Positions 31,309 through 42,656 are shown, counted from the stretch's first letter. The stretch: DNA of 64,000 bases from an uncultured Gemmatimonadales bacterium (GCA_963850905.1 CAWKMU010000003.1:3360001-3424000), one strand, 5' to 3'. Numbers and translations are program-made. The notes: generated by a model not told the origin, from the letters alone.

Positions 31309-31777
31309 CCACCGTCGCAACCGCAATGCACGCCAGCCCTTCGCCCGCTCCAATCCACCCCATACCTTCGTTGGTCTTGCCCTTGATGCTGACCGCGCTG
31401 GTCGGCAGTCCCAGCGCGTTGGCAATCGCTGCCTGCATCGCCGCCCGGTGCGCGGCGAGCCGAGGGCGCTCCGCAATGACCGTGACATCGATCTGTCGCG
31501 GAACGAGGCGCATCACCAGGAGACGGGCGACCGCCGCCCGCAGCATCTCCAGCGAATCACGACCGCGATTGGCCGGATCGTGGTCCGGGAACATCTCGCC
31601 GATATCACCCGCGGCGCCCGCCCCGAGCAACGCGTCGGTCACCGCGTGCGCGATCGCGTCGCCGTCCGAATGCCCCGCAAGATGCTCCTCAACCGGAATA
31701 CGGATCCCACCCAATACGAGGGGGCCGCCGGGAGCGAACCGGTGAGAATCGTAACCAATCCCAACGCGCGACTTCAC
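31298..31777 (-). CDS. ispF: 2-C-methyl-D-erythritol 2,4-cyclodiphosphate synthase
   Basis: GIGYDSHRF, GHSDGD, GDIGEMFP, KGKTNEGMG. Confidence 0.95.
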   Translation of the reverse strand: MKSRVGIGYDSHRFAPGGPLVLGGIRIPVEEHLAGHSDGDAIAHAVTDALLGAGAAGDIGEMFPDHDPANRGRDSLEMLRAAVARLLVMRLVPRQIDVTVIAERPRLAAHRAAMQAAIANALGLPTSAVSIKGKTNEGMGWIGAGEGLACIAVATVDGG

Positions 31778-31797
31778 CGTGCGGCCGCGCCCGCGCG

Positions 31798-32859
31798 CTA
31801 GGCCGCTGCCGGGGCCAGCGTCGACCGCGGCCGAGCCTCCGCTGGTGGAGCGATGATCGAGTAGTCCTGACGCCGGCGCGCCGGCCGGAACCCCGCGTCG
31901 CGAATCAGGCGATCGAGTTCCTCGATCGTCGTGCGATGGGTCGTGTTGGCCGCAGACACCACGTTCTCCTCGATCATGAGCGAGCCGAAGTCGTTGCACC
32001 CGAAGCGCAGGGACACCTGGCCAATCTTGAGGCCCATCGTCACCCAACTCGCCTGCAAGTTGTCGACGTTGTTCAAGACGATGCGGGCCATCGCCACCGT
32101 CCGGAGATAATCGACGGCGTCAGTCTTCGGCTGGCGCGACATCGTCGGCGTGTTCTCCGGCTGCAGCGGCCAGCAGATGAACGCGGTGAACCCACCCGTC
32201 CGAGCCTGCACGTCGCGCACGCGCTCCAGATGCTCGATCCGCTCGGCCAGCGTCTCCCCGATCCCGTACATCATGGTGACGGACGTCTTCATGTGTTCCT
32301 GATGCGCGATCTCCATGATCTCGAGCCACCGATCGGCGCCGGCCTTCTTCTTCGCCACCAGGTCACGGACGCGCTGCACCAGGATCTCGCCGCCACCCCC
32401 GGGAATCGAATCGAGACCCGCAGCCTGCAACTCGCGAATCACCGTGCGCGCATCCATCCGGTACAGCTTGGCGAAGAAATCGATCTCGCTCGGGCTGAAG
32501 CCGTGGATGTGAATCGGGTGATGCTCCTTGATGTAACGCATCAGGTTCAAGTACCACTCGAACTTGATGTAGGGATTGTGCCCCCCCTGGATGAGGATCT
32601 GCACCCCACCCAGGGCCTTGGTTTCCTCGATCTTCTGGCCGATCTGCTCGTAGGAGAGCGTGTAGCCCTCGGGATGCTTGGGCCGCCGATAGAAAGCGCA
32701 GAATCCGCAGTCTGCGACACAGACGTTCGTGTAGTTGATGTTGCGGTCGACGATGAACGTCACGACGTCGTCAGGATGCTTTTCGCGTCGAATGCGGTCC
32801 GCTTCGGCCCCCAGCTCGAGGAGCGGTGCGTTCGTGTAGAAATCCAGGAGGTCGCGCAT
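31798..32859 (-). CDS. mqnC: Cyclic dehypoxanthinyl futalosine synthase (radical SAM)
   Basis: DRNINYTNVCVADCGFCAFYR, QGGHNP, NDFGSLMIEENVV. Confidence 0.92.
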   Translation of the reverse strand: MRDLLDFYTNAPLLELGAEADRIRREKHPDDVVTFIVDRNINYTNVCVADCGFCAFYRRPKHPEGYTLSYEQIGQKIEETKALGGVQILIQGGHNPYIKFEWYLNLMRYIKEHHPIHIHGFSPSEIDFFAKLYRMDARTVIRELQAAGLDSIPGGGGEILVQRVRDLVAKKKAGADRWLEIMEIAHQEHMKTSVTMMYGIGETLAERIEHLERVRDVQARTGGFTAFICWPLQPENTPTMSRQPKTDAVDYLRTVAMARIVLNNVDNLQASWVTMGLKIGQVSLRFGCNDFGSLMIEENVVSAANTTHRTTIEELDRLIRDAGFRPARRRQDYSIIAPPAEARPRSTLAPAAA

Positions 32860-32937
32860 GGCAATCACCCGATCGGGTCAGGGACCACAGGGACGATACA
32901 CGGCACCACTGACCGCAGGCAATCGGCTGATGGGCCA

Positions 32938-32964
32938 GCAGGGGCGACGCATGCGTCGCCCTCC
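32938..32964. repeat. REP-like palindrome
   Basis: GCAGGGGCGACGCATGCGTCGCCCTCC containing a perfect 20-bp palindrome (32942-32961). Confidence 0.75.
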
Positions 32965-32993
32965 AGTGACAAGCGCCACGAGGAAGCGCACGC

Positions 32994-33843
32994 TCACGCC
33001 GCCGGCAGGAATGCCAGGGTGCTGTGCGGCACCTGGCCGGCGACTTCGAGGCGCCGGAAAAACTCCGTCAGCCCCGCCGAGATGCGGATACGACAACCGG
33101 TAATCGAGCCCCGACAGATACGCGAGACACGTCGCATCGGGGACGCCCGTCGCCGTCGCTGCCTGTGTGGCGAGCAGCGGCAAGTGATCCATGCCCCAAT
33201 CGCGGGAAGCGATCAACCCGCCGTGGACGGCCAACGCAGCTGCCACGGGCGTCGCACGGCGCGCCACCCAGACCGCGAACACGAACGGCAGGCCGGTCCA
33301 CCGTTTCCATTCCAGGCCGAGGTCATACGCGTAGGGGTACGTGACACCGGTCTTCCCGTCCGACAGCACGAGGGCGGCATCGCCGATGACCAACCGCGCT
33401 TCATGCGCCTCATCGCCGAATCGTGCGACGTCACTCACTTCCGCGTCGCCCGGGACGAATTGGGGCCGCGCGTGCCACACGTGCCGGAACAGGAGGTCCA
33501 GCAACCGGACACTCGTCATCGAGCTGCGGCTGACCAGGACCTGCTGTCCACTCAGCTCGGGCGCCGGTCGCTTGGCAAACAGCATCACGCTCCGCACCGG
33601 ACCGTCACACGAAATGGCGAGATCCGGCAGGAGCAGATACCGGTCGGAGTCACGGGCGTATTCCACGGCCGACACCACGCTCACGTCCAGACCGCCCTCG
33701 CTCATCAATCGATTGAGCGTGGTCGGGACACCATCGACAACGTGCGCGTCGAGCCGGACGATCCCGCGATCCACGGCGCCGTAGACGGGATAGCAGTTGA
33801 CGTAGGGAATCCGTCCGACGCACAGCGCCGATGCGTGCGTCAC
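32994..33843 (-). CDS. mqnA: Chorismate dehydratase; apparent frameshift near 33078
   Basis: GRIPYVNCYP, GPVRSV, SMTSVRL, LVIGDAAL, DLGLEWKRWTGLPFVFAVW; restored C-terminus GLTEFFRRL...LAFLPAA*. Confidence 0.88.
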
Positions 33844-33844
33844 G

Positions 33845-35068
33845 TCAGGCCGCCGCCGCGACCGCAGCGCCGCGCCCCGACGGATCGACGGGCGGTGATC
33901 CCTCGTCCGGCGGTGCACCGTCGAACGTTCGCAGGACGCGATAGAACGAATCCCGCTCGATGGGCACCTTGCGCGCCCCGCGAATGAGTCGGAGGATCTC
34001 GTCGAGCGACATCCCCTGCGCGGTGCGCGCACCTGCCTCATGGTAGATCTTCTCGCGCACCACCGTTCCTTCCAGGTCATCGACACCGAACGAGAGGGCC
34101 GTCTGCGACAGGAATGGCGTCACCATGATCCAGTGGGTCTTCACGTGTTCGATGTTGTCGAGGAAGAGACGGGCCACGGCCAGGTTGCGCAGATCGTCGA
34201 ACCCGGTGGTCGCTGTCCCCTGGCGGTTGAGGGTGACGCCGAGCTCGTTGTGGTCCGGGTGATACGCGAGAGGGATATAGGCGAGGAACCCACTGGTCTC
34301 ATCCTGTAGGGCGCGGAGCTGCGCCAGGTGCGCAATGCGATCCTCGACCGTCTCGACGTGCCCATACAGCATCGTGCAGTTGGACCGAATGCCGAGCCGG
34401 TGCGCGGTGCGGTGCACATCGAGCCATTCCCCGGCCGCCAGCTTCCGATCCGCGATCGTTGCGCGAACGGCCGCGCTGAAGACCTCGGCGCCTCCGCCGG
34501 GAAGCGTATCGAGCCCGGCCTCGCGCAGGGCGATCAGCAGGTCGCCGACCGACATCTTCTCGATGCGGGCAATGTGGGCCAACTCGACGGCGGTGAGTGC
34601 CTTGATGTGCACGTGGGGGTAGCGCGCCTTGAGCGCCCGAAACATCTCGGCGTAGTACGCGAGCCCCGCGTGCATGTCGAGGCCGCCGACAATGTGAAAT
34701 TCGCGGGTCAGCCCCTGGGCCGCCCCCTCGGCCTCCGCGAGGACTTGATCGAGCGTGTACCGGTACGCCCCGTCTTCCTTCGGAAGTCGTGCGTAGGAAC
34801 AGAAGACGCACGTCCTGCGGAGAATGCAGACGTTCGTCGGATTGATGTGCTGGTTCGCCGCGAAGGTGACCCGGTCGCCATGCCACGCGCGGTTGGCCGC
34901 GTCCGCCAATAGCCCCAGACCAAGCAGGTCCGGCGTCCGAAAAAGCGTCACGCCGTCGGCGTCGCTCAGCCGTTCACCACCTGCGACCCTGTCTGCGATC
35001 GGCTGTAGCGCCGGGTCCGTCAGACGGTCCCGGTCGACAGTCACCGCGCCCGGATGTGCGCCGCTCAC
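33845..35068 (-). CDS. mqnE: Aminofutalosine synthase (radical SAM)
   Basis: HINPTNVCILRRTCVFCSY, HIVGG, KALTAVE, GGGAE, TMLYGHVE, EKIYHEAGA. Confidence 0.9.
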   Translation of the reverse strand: MSGAHPGAVTVDRDRLTDPALQPIADRVAGGERLSDADGVTLFRTPDLLGLGLLADAANRAWHGDRVTFAANQHINPTNVCILRRTCVFCSYARLPKEDGAYRYTLDQVLAEAEGAAQGLTREFHIVGGLDMHAGLAYYAEMFRALKARYPHVHIKALTAVELAHIARIEKMSVGDLLIALREAGLDTLPGGGAEVFSAAVRATIADRKLAAGEWLDVHRTAHRLGIRSNCTMLYGHVETVEDRIAHLAQLRALQDETSGFLAYIPLAYHPDHNELGVTLNRQGTATTGFDDLRNLAVARLFLDNIEHVKTHWIMVTPFLSQTALSFGVDDLEGTVVREKIYHEAGARTAQGMSLDEILRLIRGARKVPIERDSFYRVLRTFDGAPPDEGSPPVDPSGRGAAVAAAA

Positions 35069-35203
35069 GTCACCCCCACCCCCCGGCTACGCTCACCGCG
35101 GGGGGGGCTGCCATCGGCCGTGCCACAGGCCAACGCCGACCCCGTCGGAGCGTAGGTTTGACCCCGAGCCAGCGTGTGGGCTATCGCGGGGTCCACAGTC
35201 AGC

Positions 35204-35443
35204 TCAGGCGCCGACCTTCTGGTTCAAATAGGCCATCGCGTCGCCGACCGTCTTGAGCTTCTCGGCGTCCTCATCCGGGATGTCGATGTTGAACTCCTTC
35301 TCGAACTCCATGACGAGCTCGACGATGTCGAGACTGTCGGCGCCGAGATCCTCGATGAAGTTCGCGTCGTCGGTCAGCTTGTCGCGCTCGACCCCCAACT
35401 CCTTCTCGATAATGTCCTTGACCTTCTCGGTGTTATCTGACAT
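35204..35443 (-). CDS. acpP: Acyl carrier protein
   Basis: [20 protein letters not shown]. Confidence 0.97.
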   Translation of the reverse strand: MSDNTEKVKDIIEKELGVERDKLTDDANFIEDLGADSLDIVELVMEFEKEFNIDIPDEDAEKLKTVGDAMAYLNQKVGA

Positions 35444-35550
35444 GCAACCCTCGGTGTGGTCCGGTAGTGGCTGACCGCCGTATGCCTCGGGGAATCTAAC
35501 CACAGCCAACGGTCAGCGGCCAGCGGCACGGGCGCTTCGCGCCCACGCCC

Positions 35551-36288
35551 TTACGCCGCCATCCCCCCGTCCACGACAAATACCTGTCCGGTGATGTAGG
35601 ACGCCGCGTCCGACGCGAGAAACGTGACCAGATTCGCGACATCGGCCGGCGTCCCCAGCCGCGCCAACGGGATCTGCTGCTGTAACGCGGACCGCGCGTC
35701 GGCGCCCATGGCGGCCGTCATATCCGTTTCAATGAAGCCGGGCGCCACGACGTTCGCCAGCACGTTCCGGGAGGCGAGCTCACGGGCGACGGACTTGGTG
35801 AATCCGATCAGGCCCGCTTTGCTCGCCGCGTAGTTGGATTGGCCTTTGTTGCCCATGAGGCCGACGATGCTGGAGATGTTGATGATCCGACCCCAGCGGC
35901 GCTTCATCATGCCCCGCGCAGCGGCGCGCGACGTGGCAAACGCACTCCGCAGATTCGCGTCGAGGACCTCGGTCCAATCAGCGTCCTTGAGCCGCGGCAA
36001 GATGTTGTCTCGAGTCACGCCTGCATTGTTGACGAGAATGTCCAGCGACCCGAAGGCACGCTCGGCCGCGTCGATGAGCGCGCTCACGGCGGCCAGATCC
36101 GTCACGTCGCACCCGAAACCCTGCGCTCCGCGCCCGATCGTGTTGGCAACCTCTCCCGCGCGCGAAGCGTCGCGCCCGACGACCGCCACCCTGGCCCCCG
36201 CGTCGGCGAGCGACTCGGCGATCGCGCGCCCAATGCCGCGGGTGCTTCCGGTCACGAGGGCGGCCCGACCGGCCATATCGATTTTCAT
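35551..36288 (-). CDS. fabG: 3-oxoacyl-ACP reductase
   Basis: TGSTRGIG, NNAGVTRD, YAASKAG, APGFIETDMT. Confidence 0.95.
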   Translation of the reverse strand: MKIDMAGRAALVTGSTRGIGRAIAESLADAGARVAVVGRDASRAGEVANTIGRGAQGFGCDVTDLAAVSALIDAAERAFGSLDILVNNAGVTRDNILPRLKDADWTEVLDANLRSAFATSRAAARGMMKRRWGRIINISSIVGLMGNKGQSNYAASKAGLIGFTKSVARELASRNVLANVVAPGFIETDMTAAMGADARSALQQQIPLARLGTPADVANLVTFLASDAASYITGQVFVVDGGMAA

Positions 36289-37227
36289 GAGCCCACCTGC
36301 GTCAGAAGGTCTTCGACGTCCGCTGCGGTCCCGCAGGTAGCGGTCGCGACGCCCGGCGCAATGCGCTTGACGAGGCCGGTCAGGACCGCGCCCGGGCCCA
36401 TCTCGACGAAGATGGCTTGGGGGTAGACGGTCGCCATTTCGTGCACCACGTCCATCCACCGAACGGGGGACGTGAGCTGGCGCAGGAGCCGATCGCGAGC
36501 GGTGCTCGCCGTCGTCGAGGCCTGCGCATCGACGTTGGAGTAGATGGGCACAATCGGGTCCGACAGATCGGCAGCCTTCAGGGCGTCGCGCAGACCCCGC
36601 TCGGACGGCGCCATGAGCGGAGAATGAAACGCGCCACTGACCGGCAAGCGCACCGCGCGTTTCGCCCCGTGTTGTTTCGCCAGCGCCATCACGCACTCGA
36701 CACCCGCGACTTCTCCCGAGACAACGGTCTGCTCAGCGGTGTTGTAGTTCGCCGGGACCACTTCGCCGACCTCGGCCGACGCTTGGGCGCAGAGCACATC
36801 GATCGAGGTGGTGAGGTCGCCGAGGATCGCCGCCATCGCGCCGGGCCGCGCGTCTCCCGCCTCCCGCATGAGCGCGCCCCGCCTGCGCACCAGTCGCGCA
36901 CCCGACGCGAGGGGCAATGCTCCAGCAGCGTGATACGCCGTGAACTCGCCCAGGGAATGGCCCGCGGCGGCGCGCACCGAAGGGCCAGAGCCGGTCCTTC
37001 GTCACCGCCCAGGCAGCCGCCCCGTGCGCGAACAACGCCGGCTGCGCATTGTCAGTCATCGTCAACTCGTCGGCCGGGCCCTCGAAGCAGAGGCGGCTGA
37101 GCGGGGTGCCGAGCGCCGCGTCCACCGCCTCGAAGACGGCCCGCGCGACCGGAAAGGCATCCGCCAGATCCCGGCCCATCCCTGGCTTTTGCGATCCTTG
37201 TCCTGGGAACAACAGGACGATGTCCAT
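36285..37227 (-). CDS. fabD: Malonyl-CoA:ACP transacylase; apparent frameshift near 36980
   Basis: LFPGQGSQ, AQPAL, then AGHSLGE, VSGAFHSPLM, SPVRW. Confidence 0.92.
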
Positions 37228-38286
37228 TAGCTCGTGCCGGTCGCGCCAACTCCACTCACATCAGTCCCAGCGTCACGGCGGGCGGAAGCAGCGAGCCGCC
37301 GGCCAATGTGCGCCGACAGGTCGGTCTCGACACCTCGCAGCGCCACCTTGATCGCGTTCTTCATCGCGCGGTCACTCGACTTCCCGTGCGAGATGATGCT
37401 GACTCCACAAACCCCGAGGAGTGGCGCGCCGCCGCGCTCCGCGTAGTCGAGCGTCGCCATGGCCGCCCGCAATGCATCGCGCTGCAGCCCGTGACGGATC
37501 AGCAACTCGCCCATGAGAGTCGGAACCGCCTCGTAGAACTTGAGAAGCACGTTGCCGACGAAACCGTCGCAGACGACGACATCGATCGGTCCCCGTTCGC
37601 TCGCGCCGGCGATGACGTCGCGACCCTCGACGTTCCCCTGAAAATTGAGTCCTGCGGTGCGGAGCAGCTGGTGGGCTTCCTTGACCGCTTTGCTGCCCTT
37701 CTCTGGCTCTTCGCCGACACTGAGGAGTCCGATGGACGGCGCGGTCCGCTCCAGAAAGTCTTCCGCGTACACCGCCCCCAGTCGCGCGAATTGCACCAGC
37801 TCTTCGGCCGAGCAGTCGACGTTGGCGCCGCTATCGATCACCACGACGGGCCGCCGAGCCGTGGGAAAGACCGTGCCGATCGCGGGACGACGGAGTCCCG
37901 GATGCAGTCCCAGTAATTCCTTGGACGCCGCCATCTGCGCGCCGGTGTTGCCGGCGGACACAAACGCGTCGGATCCCCCCTCTGCCTGCAGTCGCAGGCC
38001 GACAACCATCGAGCTCTTGGGCTTGCCGCGCAGCGCGACGGACGGTCGGTCCGTCATCTCGATCACGTCCGGGGCGTCGATCACGTCACACCGATCTCGG
38101 TGCGGTGCCAGCGCTGCGAGCTCACCTGCCAGCAGCGGCATCGAGCTCGCCCACAATGACCTGACGGCGCCCGACGAGTTGGATGCGATGACTTGCATCG
38201 AGCTCCGCGAGTGCCTGGAGCGCGCCTGCGATCGGCGCACGGGGGGCAAAGTCTCCCCCCATGACGTCCAGCGCGATCCGCGCCAA
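37227..38286 (-). CDS. plsX: Phosphate acyltransferase; apparent frameshift(s) near 38130
   Basis: RIALDVMGGDFAP, VSAGNTGA, DSGANVD, VVCDGFVGN, GGAPLLGV, HGKS. Confidence 0.92.
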
Positions 38287-38288
38287 CT

Positions 38289-38471
38289 CTATGCTTCCCG
38301 GGCTGCGACTCGCTGTTGGCCCGCGTAGTACCCGCACTCGGCACACACGTGGTGTGAGAGTTTCGGGCTCTGACACCGCGGGCAAGGCTGTAGCGCGATC
38401 GCGGGCGCAACCTTGTGCGTGTTGCGCGCGCGCTTCTTTCGTTTTGAGGTCCGGCGTTTCGGTACGGCCAT
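38289..38471 (-). CDS. rpmF: 50S ribosomal protein L32
   Basis: MAVPKRRTSK...CPRC...HHVCAECGYY. Confidence 0.97.
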   Translation of the reverse strand: MAVPKRRTSKRKKRARNTHKVAPAIALQPCPRCQSPKLSHHVCAECGYYAGQQRVAAREA

Positions 38472-38595
38472 TGGTCAGGTTTGCTCTAGGCTAAAGCGAG
38501 GAAGGACAGGATCAAGAAAGTGACTGCACAAGCGTTACACGAGCGTTGATGATATCGACGGGCAACGCACCGCACTCCGCACGGCCGGTGGCCGT

Positions 38596-39132
38596 TCAGG
38601 ACGTGCCATCGGCGCCGCTGTCCGAGCCGCCACGACCGCCGACGTGCCGCAGCACCGCCCACCGGTCGTCGACGGCTGGCGGACACCCGCACGGGCCGGC
38701 GTTGAGATCGGCACCGCACGACGCGCAGAGCCCTGCGCAATCGTCACGACACTGCACAAACGCCGGTGCGCTCAAAAGCCACTGCTCGCGGATCGCTGGA
38801 CGTAAATCGAGCTCATGCGTACGAGGATCAAATTCAAACACGTCCGGGTCGTCGGTCGTCTCTTCGCCCATTTCCGCACACACCAACTGCACGCGCTCGT
38901 CGACCGCCGCGTTGACATCTTGCAGGCAGCGCCGACACCTATCCTGAACCGTACCGGTGATGCGGCCGCTAAAGTAAAAACGGCCAGGGCCAGCCGAAGA
39001 GAGCCGCCCCTTCACCTGCACGCCATCCGTCGGCCGTCGGTCTGACTCCTCCCACACCGCGTCGCTGGACGGTAACACGTCGTCGACCGCGGCAGCAGCG
39101 GACGCCAGGTCGCGGAGGTCGAATACCAGCAT
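38596..39132 (-). CDS. YceD/DUF177 family protein
   Basis: CRRCL and CRDDCAGLCASCGADLN...C-x-C...DDRWAVL; directly upstream of rpmF. Confidence 0.9.
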   Translation of the reverse strand: MLVFDLRDLASAAAAVDDVLPSSDAVWEESDRRPTDGVQVKGRLSSAGPGRFYFSGRITGTVQDRCRRCLQDVNAAVDERVQLVCAEMGEETTDDPDVFEFDPRTHELDLRPAIREQWLLSAPAFVQCRDDCAGLCASCGADLNAGPCGCPPAVDDRWAVLRHVGGRGGSDSGADGTS

Positions 39133-39140
39133 AACCTCGA

Positions 39141-39169
39141 AATGTAGACACGGCGTGAACATGAATCAA
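39141..39169 (-). promoter_or_regulatory. sigma70-type promoter for the yceD-rpmF-plsX-fab genes
   Basis: Minus strand TTGATT-N17-TACATT; ATG follows 8 nt later. Confidence 0.6.
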
Positions 39170-39231
39170 GTTCCGTCGCCGCGCAGAGTTACGAGCCCGA
39201 AGTACCCCCGCGCACAGAACGCCGGAACGCT

Positions 39232-39662
39232 TCACCGCGCTCGCAGCAACTCGCTCTCCGAGAAGAAGAACCGCTCTTCGCGCGCTGCATTCTCGTCGGA
39301 ATCGGAGGCGTGTATCGCGTTCCGCTCCTTCGACTCGGCGTACAAGCTGTCGGACCGTGCCGTGCTCGGCCTCGGCAGGGTCGGTCGCCCCAATCATGTG
39401 CCGAAGCGTCGCGACCGCATCGGCACGGGTGAGCACCACCGGCATGCAGGGACCCGATGTCATGAAGCCGACCAGCGACGCATAGAACGGACGCTCGCGG
39501 TGCACGGCGTAGAATGCGCCGGCTTCGTCAGCACTCAGGCGAACGACGCGCGCCGCCGCGACGCGAAAACCAGCCTCTTCGAGGTGCGCGATGACTTTGC
39601 CCGCGAGCCGGCGCCCCAGCGCGTCCGGCTTGATGATGGCCAGTGTGCGGTCGAGATGGCAT
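39232..39662 (-). CDS. ndk: Nucleoside diphosphate kinase; apparent frameshifts near 39655 and 39345
   Basis: [40 protein letters not shown] spread across frames. Confidence 0.9.
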
Positions 39663-39709
39663 GAGGAAAGGTGGTGAGCTTGATGAGGGGCGGCCTCGGG
39701 GCGCCCGTT

Positions 39710-40606
39710 TTACGATCCGATCAATTTACGCACGATGTCACCGCGAGTGAGCAAGCCGACGAGGCGCCCCTCGCGTACAACGGGCACACGAGGCAGGTCC
39801 TTGTTGACCATGAGCGACGCGGCCTCGGCCAATGGTTGGTCCGGCGATACGCACAGGACCTGGCGTGTCATGACCTCGCGCACGGTTCGGCGGGCGTCCT
39901 TGGCGATGGGATTTGGCGTCCGGACCGACGCCCCCATCTCCCGCCGCAGATACGTCCCGAGGAGATCGCCGATGAGCTCCCGATCGGTCAGCATCCCGAG
40001 CAGCTGTCCATTCTCATCGACCACCGGCAGGGCACTGATGCGCGCGCGCGCCATGTCCCGCGCCGCGTCGCGGAGCGGCGCATCGGGTCGCGTGACCTGC
40101 AGCCGCTCGCTCATGAGCTCCCGCACCATGAGCTGATGCGGCAGCTCGTACTCGCGTAGCTCGGGGAGGGCCAGCAGAGCTTCAGCCGACGGCTGGGCGA
40201 GCACGTGATCGACACGCTCGGCGCTGGACAGAAAGCGCGCGAAGGCGCCGACGACCTGGAGATACCGCGCCGCAAAGCGCGGCGGGGCGACGACGAGCAG
40301 AATCACACGCGCGCATTGCCGCTCTGCCTCCGTCAGCTCACGACAGATCTGCTCGGGTGACGTGCCGAGCGCAACACACAATGTCGGCGCCACGTCGATC
40401 CGGTAGTGCAGCAGGAAGGCGCGATCCCCCATCGCGACGAGGTCTTCTGGCCGCTCTTCGTTCATGCGGCGACGCAGCTTGTCCGCGTCGGTCACGGCGC
40501 CAGTGGCGACGAGCCGGTCACGGAGGATGCGCGCCGCACCCTCCACGGTGTCGGCCTCGAGCGGTACGACCGTGTGGTCCGTGCGGAGGAAGTCCGCCAG
40601 ATTCAC
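39710..40606 (-). CDS. PTS EIIA-like domain fused to a CBS pair
   Basis: N-terminal EIIA(Fru/Ntr)-like segment with His in AFLLHYR; C-terminal tandem CBS domains (ISALPVVD, VPVV...GLLTRGDI). Confidence 0.75.
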   Translation of the reverse strand: MNLADFLRTDHTVVPLEADTVEGAARILRDRLVATGAVTDADKLRRRMNEERPEDLVAMGDRAFLLHYRIDVAPTLCVALGTSPEQICRELTEAERQCARVILLVVAPPRFAARYLQVVGAFARFLSSAERVDHVLAQPSAEALLALPELREYELPHQLMVRELMSERLQVTRPDAPLRDAARDMARARISALPVVDENGQLLGMLTDRELIGDLLGTYLRREMGASVRTPNPIAKDARRTVREVMTRQVLCVSPDQPLAEAASLMVNKDLPRVPVVREGRLVGLLTRGDIVRKLIGS

Positions 40607-40610
40607 CCGC

Positions 40611-41508
40611 TCACTCCGGCGTTGAGCCCAGCCGCTCGCGGAGCAGTGGCACGACATCGGCCGGCCGCTCCGCCACAGGGATCCCTGCCTCGGTCAGCGC
40701 GTGGACTTTTTCGGCCGCTGTCCCGGTCGCGCCCGAAATGATCGCTCCCGCGTGCCCCATCCGCCGGCCTGGCGGCGCGGTACGTCCGGCAATGAAGCCC
40801 ACGACGGGCTTGCGTCATGTGCTCCGCGACGTAACGCGCCGCGTCCTGCTCGTCGGTCCCTCCGATCTCACCGATCATCACGACCCCGACGGTGGCCGGA
40901 TCGCCTCGAATGCCTCGAGACAATCGATGAAATTCGTCCCGTTGATCGGATCTCCGCCAATGCCGACGCACGTCGTCTGCCCCAAGCCCGACACGTGTGA
41001 GATGATACACGACCTCGTAGGTCAACGTCCCGGACCGACTCACGAGGCCGATGGGGCCAGGCGCGCAGATCCTCCCCGGGATGATGCCGACTTTGCATGC
41101 GCCGGGCGAGATGAGTCCGGGGCAATTCGGTCCGATCAGCCGAGCGCCGTGATCGCGCACGAACGGATAGACCCGCGTCATGTCGAGCACGGGCACGCCT
41201 TCCGTGATGCAGACGATGAGCGGGATGCCCGCCGCCGCAGCCTCCATAATGGCGTCCGCCGCGTACAACGGCGGCACGTAGATCACCGTCGACGTTGGCG
41301 CCCGTGTCTTCCGGCAGCGCTCTGCGACCGTGTTGTAGATCCGGATGCGCATCGGCCCATCGTCGAAGGTCTGTCCGCCCTTGCCCGGCGTGACTCCTCC
41401 GACGACGACAGTCCCGTACTCCGCCATCTGGCGCGTATGGAACGACCCATCGCGACCGGTGATGCCCTGCACGAGGAGTCGGGTGCTGCGATCGATGAAG
41501 ATGCTCAC
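40611..41508 (-). CDS. sucD: Succinyl-CoA synthetase alpha subunit; several apparent frameshifts
   Basis: [45 protein letters not shown]. Confidence 0.92.
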
Positions 41509-42656
41509 GCCGCCCTCCCCGCCCCGACAGTCGCCACGGCAGCGCGCACCGCCTCGTCCATGTCCGTCATCGCGGACAGTCCCGCGCTGGCCAGGATGCG
41601 GACGGCCACCTCCTCGTTGGTGCCCGGTGAGGCGAATCACGATCGGCACGGGCAATGGGTGCTGCTTGATGGCCGACACGATCCCCGTCGCCACGTCGTC
41701 GGTCCGCGTGATACCACCGAAAATGTTGAAGAGGATCACGCGCACCGCCGGGTCGCTCGTGATGATCCGAAGCGCGTTCACGACTTTTTCCGGGTTCGAC
41801 GAGCCGCCGATGTCGAGAAAGTTGGCAGGCTCACCGCCATAATACTTGACGAGATCCATCGTCGCCATCGCCAGGCCAGCGCCATTGACGACGCAGCCGA
41901 CGTTTCCATCGAGCTTGATAAAGGTCAGATTCGCCTTGACGCGCCGCAATTTCGCTCGGCGCTTCGGCGCTCTCGTCGCGCAGCGCCGCCAGATCCGGAT
42001 GCCGCTCCAGCTCGTTGTCGTCGATGGACATCTTCGCATCCACCGCCACCAGCTCGCCCGCCCTTTCGTGGTCACCAGCGGATTGATCTCCACCAGCGAC
42101 GCACCGTGCTCCATGAACGCCGCGTAGAGCTGCCGGAGGATACGAGCCGCGGCCCGCACCTGTCGCACGTCCTTGTACAGGAAAAAGCCGAGCTCCATCG
42201 CCTCGAAGCTCGATGAGGCCATAGCGGGGATCGACCGCAAGGCGGCGGATGCGATCAGGCGTCGTCGCCGCCACCTCCTCGATGTCGATGCCGCCCGCGG
42301 GGCTCACCATCACCACTGGTCGCTTCGAAGCTCGATCGACGATGATGCCGACGTACGACTCTGCCGCGATGTCGGCGGCCTGCGCGACGAGCACGCGCTG
42401 CACGACGAGACCCTTGATCGACATGCCGAGAATGCGCTCGGCGGCGGCCCGGGCTTCTGCCGGCGTCTTGGCGAGCTTGACACCGCCCGCCTTCCCCCGT
42501 CCGCCGGCGTGCACCTGCGCTTTGATCACGACCGCGCCCGTCGGCGCGACGAGCGATCGCCTCGGCCTCGGCGGGAGTCGCCGCGACTTCGCCCGGCTGC
42601 ACCGGAATGCCGGCCTGGCGGAGCAGCTCCTTCGCCTGGTACTCGTGAATGTTCAC
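41505..42656 (-). CDS. sucC: Succinyl-CoA synthetase beta subunit; several apparent frameshifts
   Basis: [51 protein letters not shown]. Confidence 0.92.
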
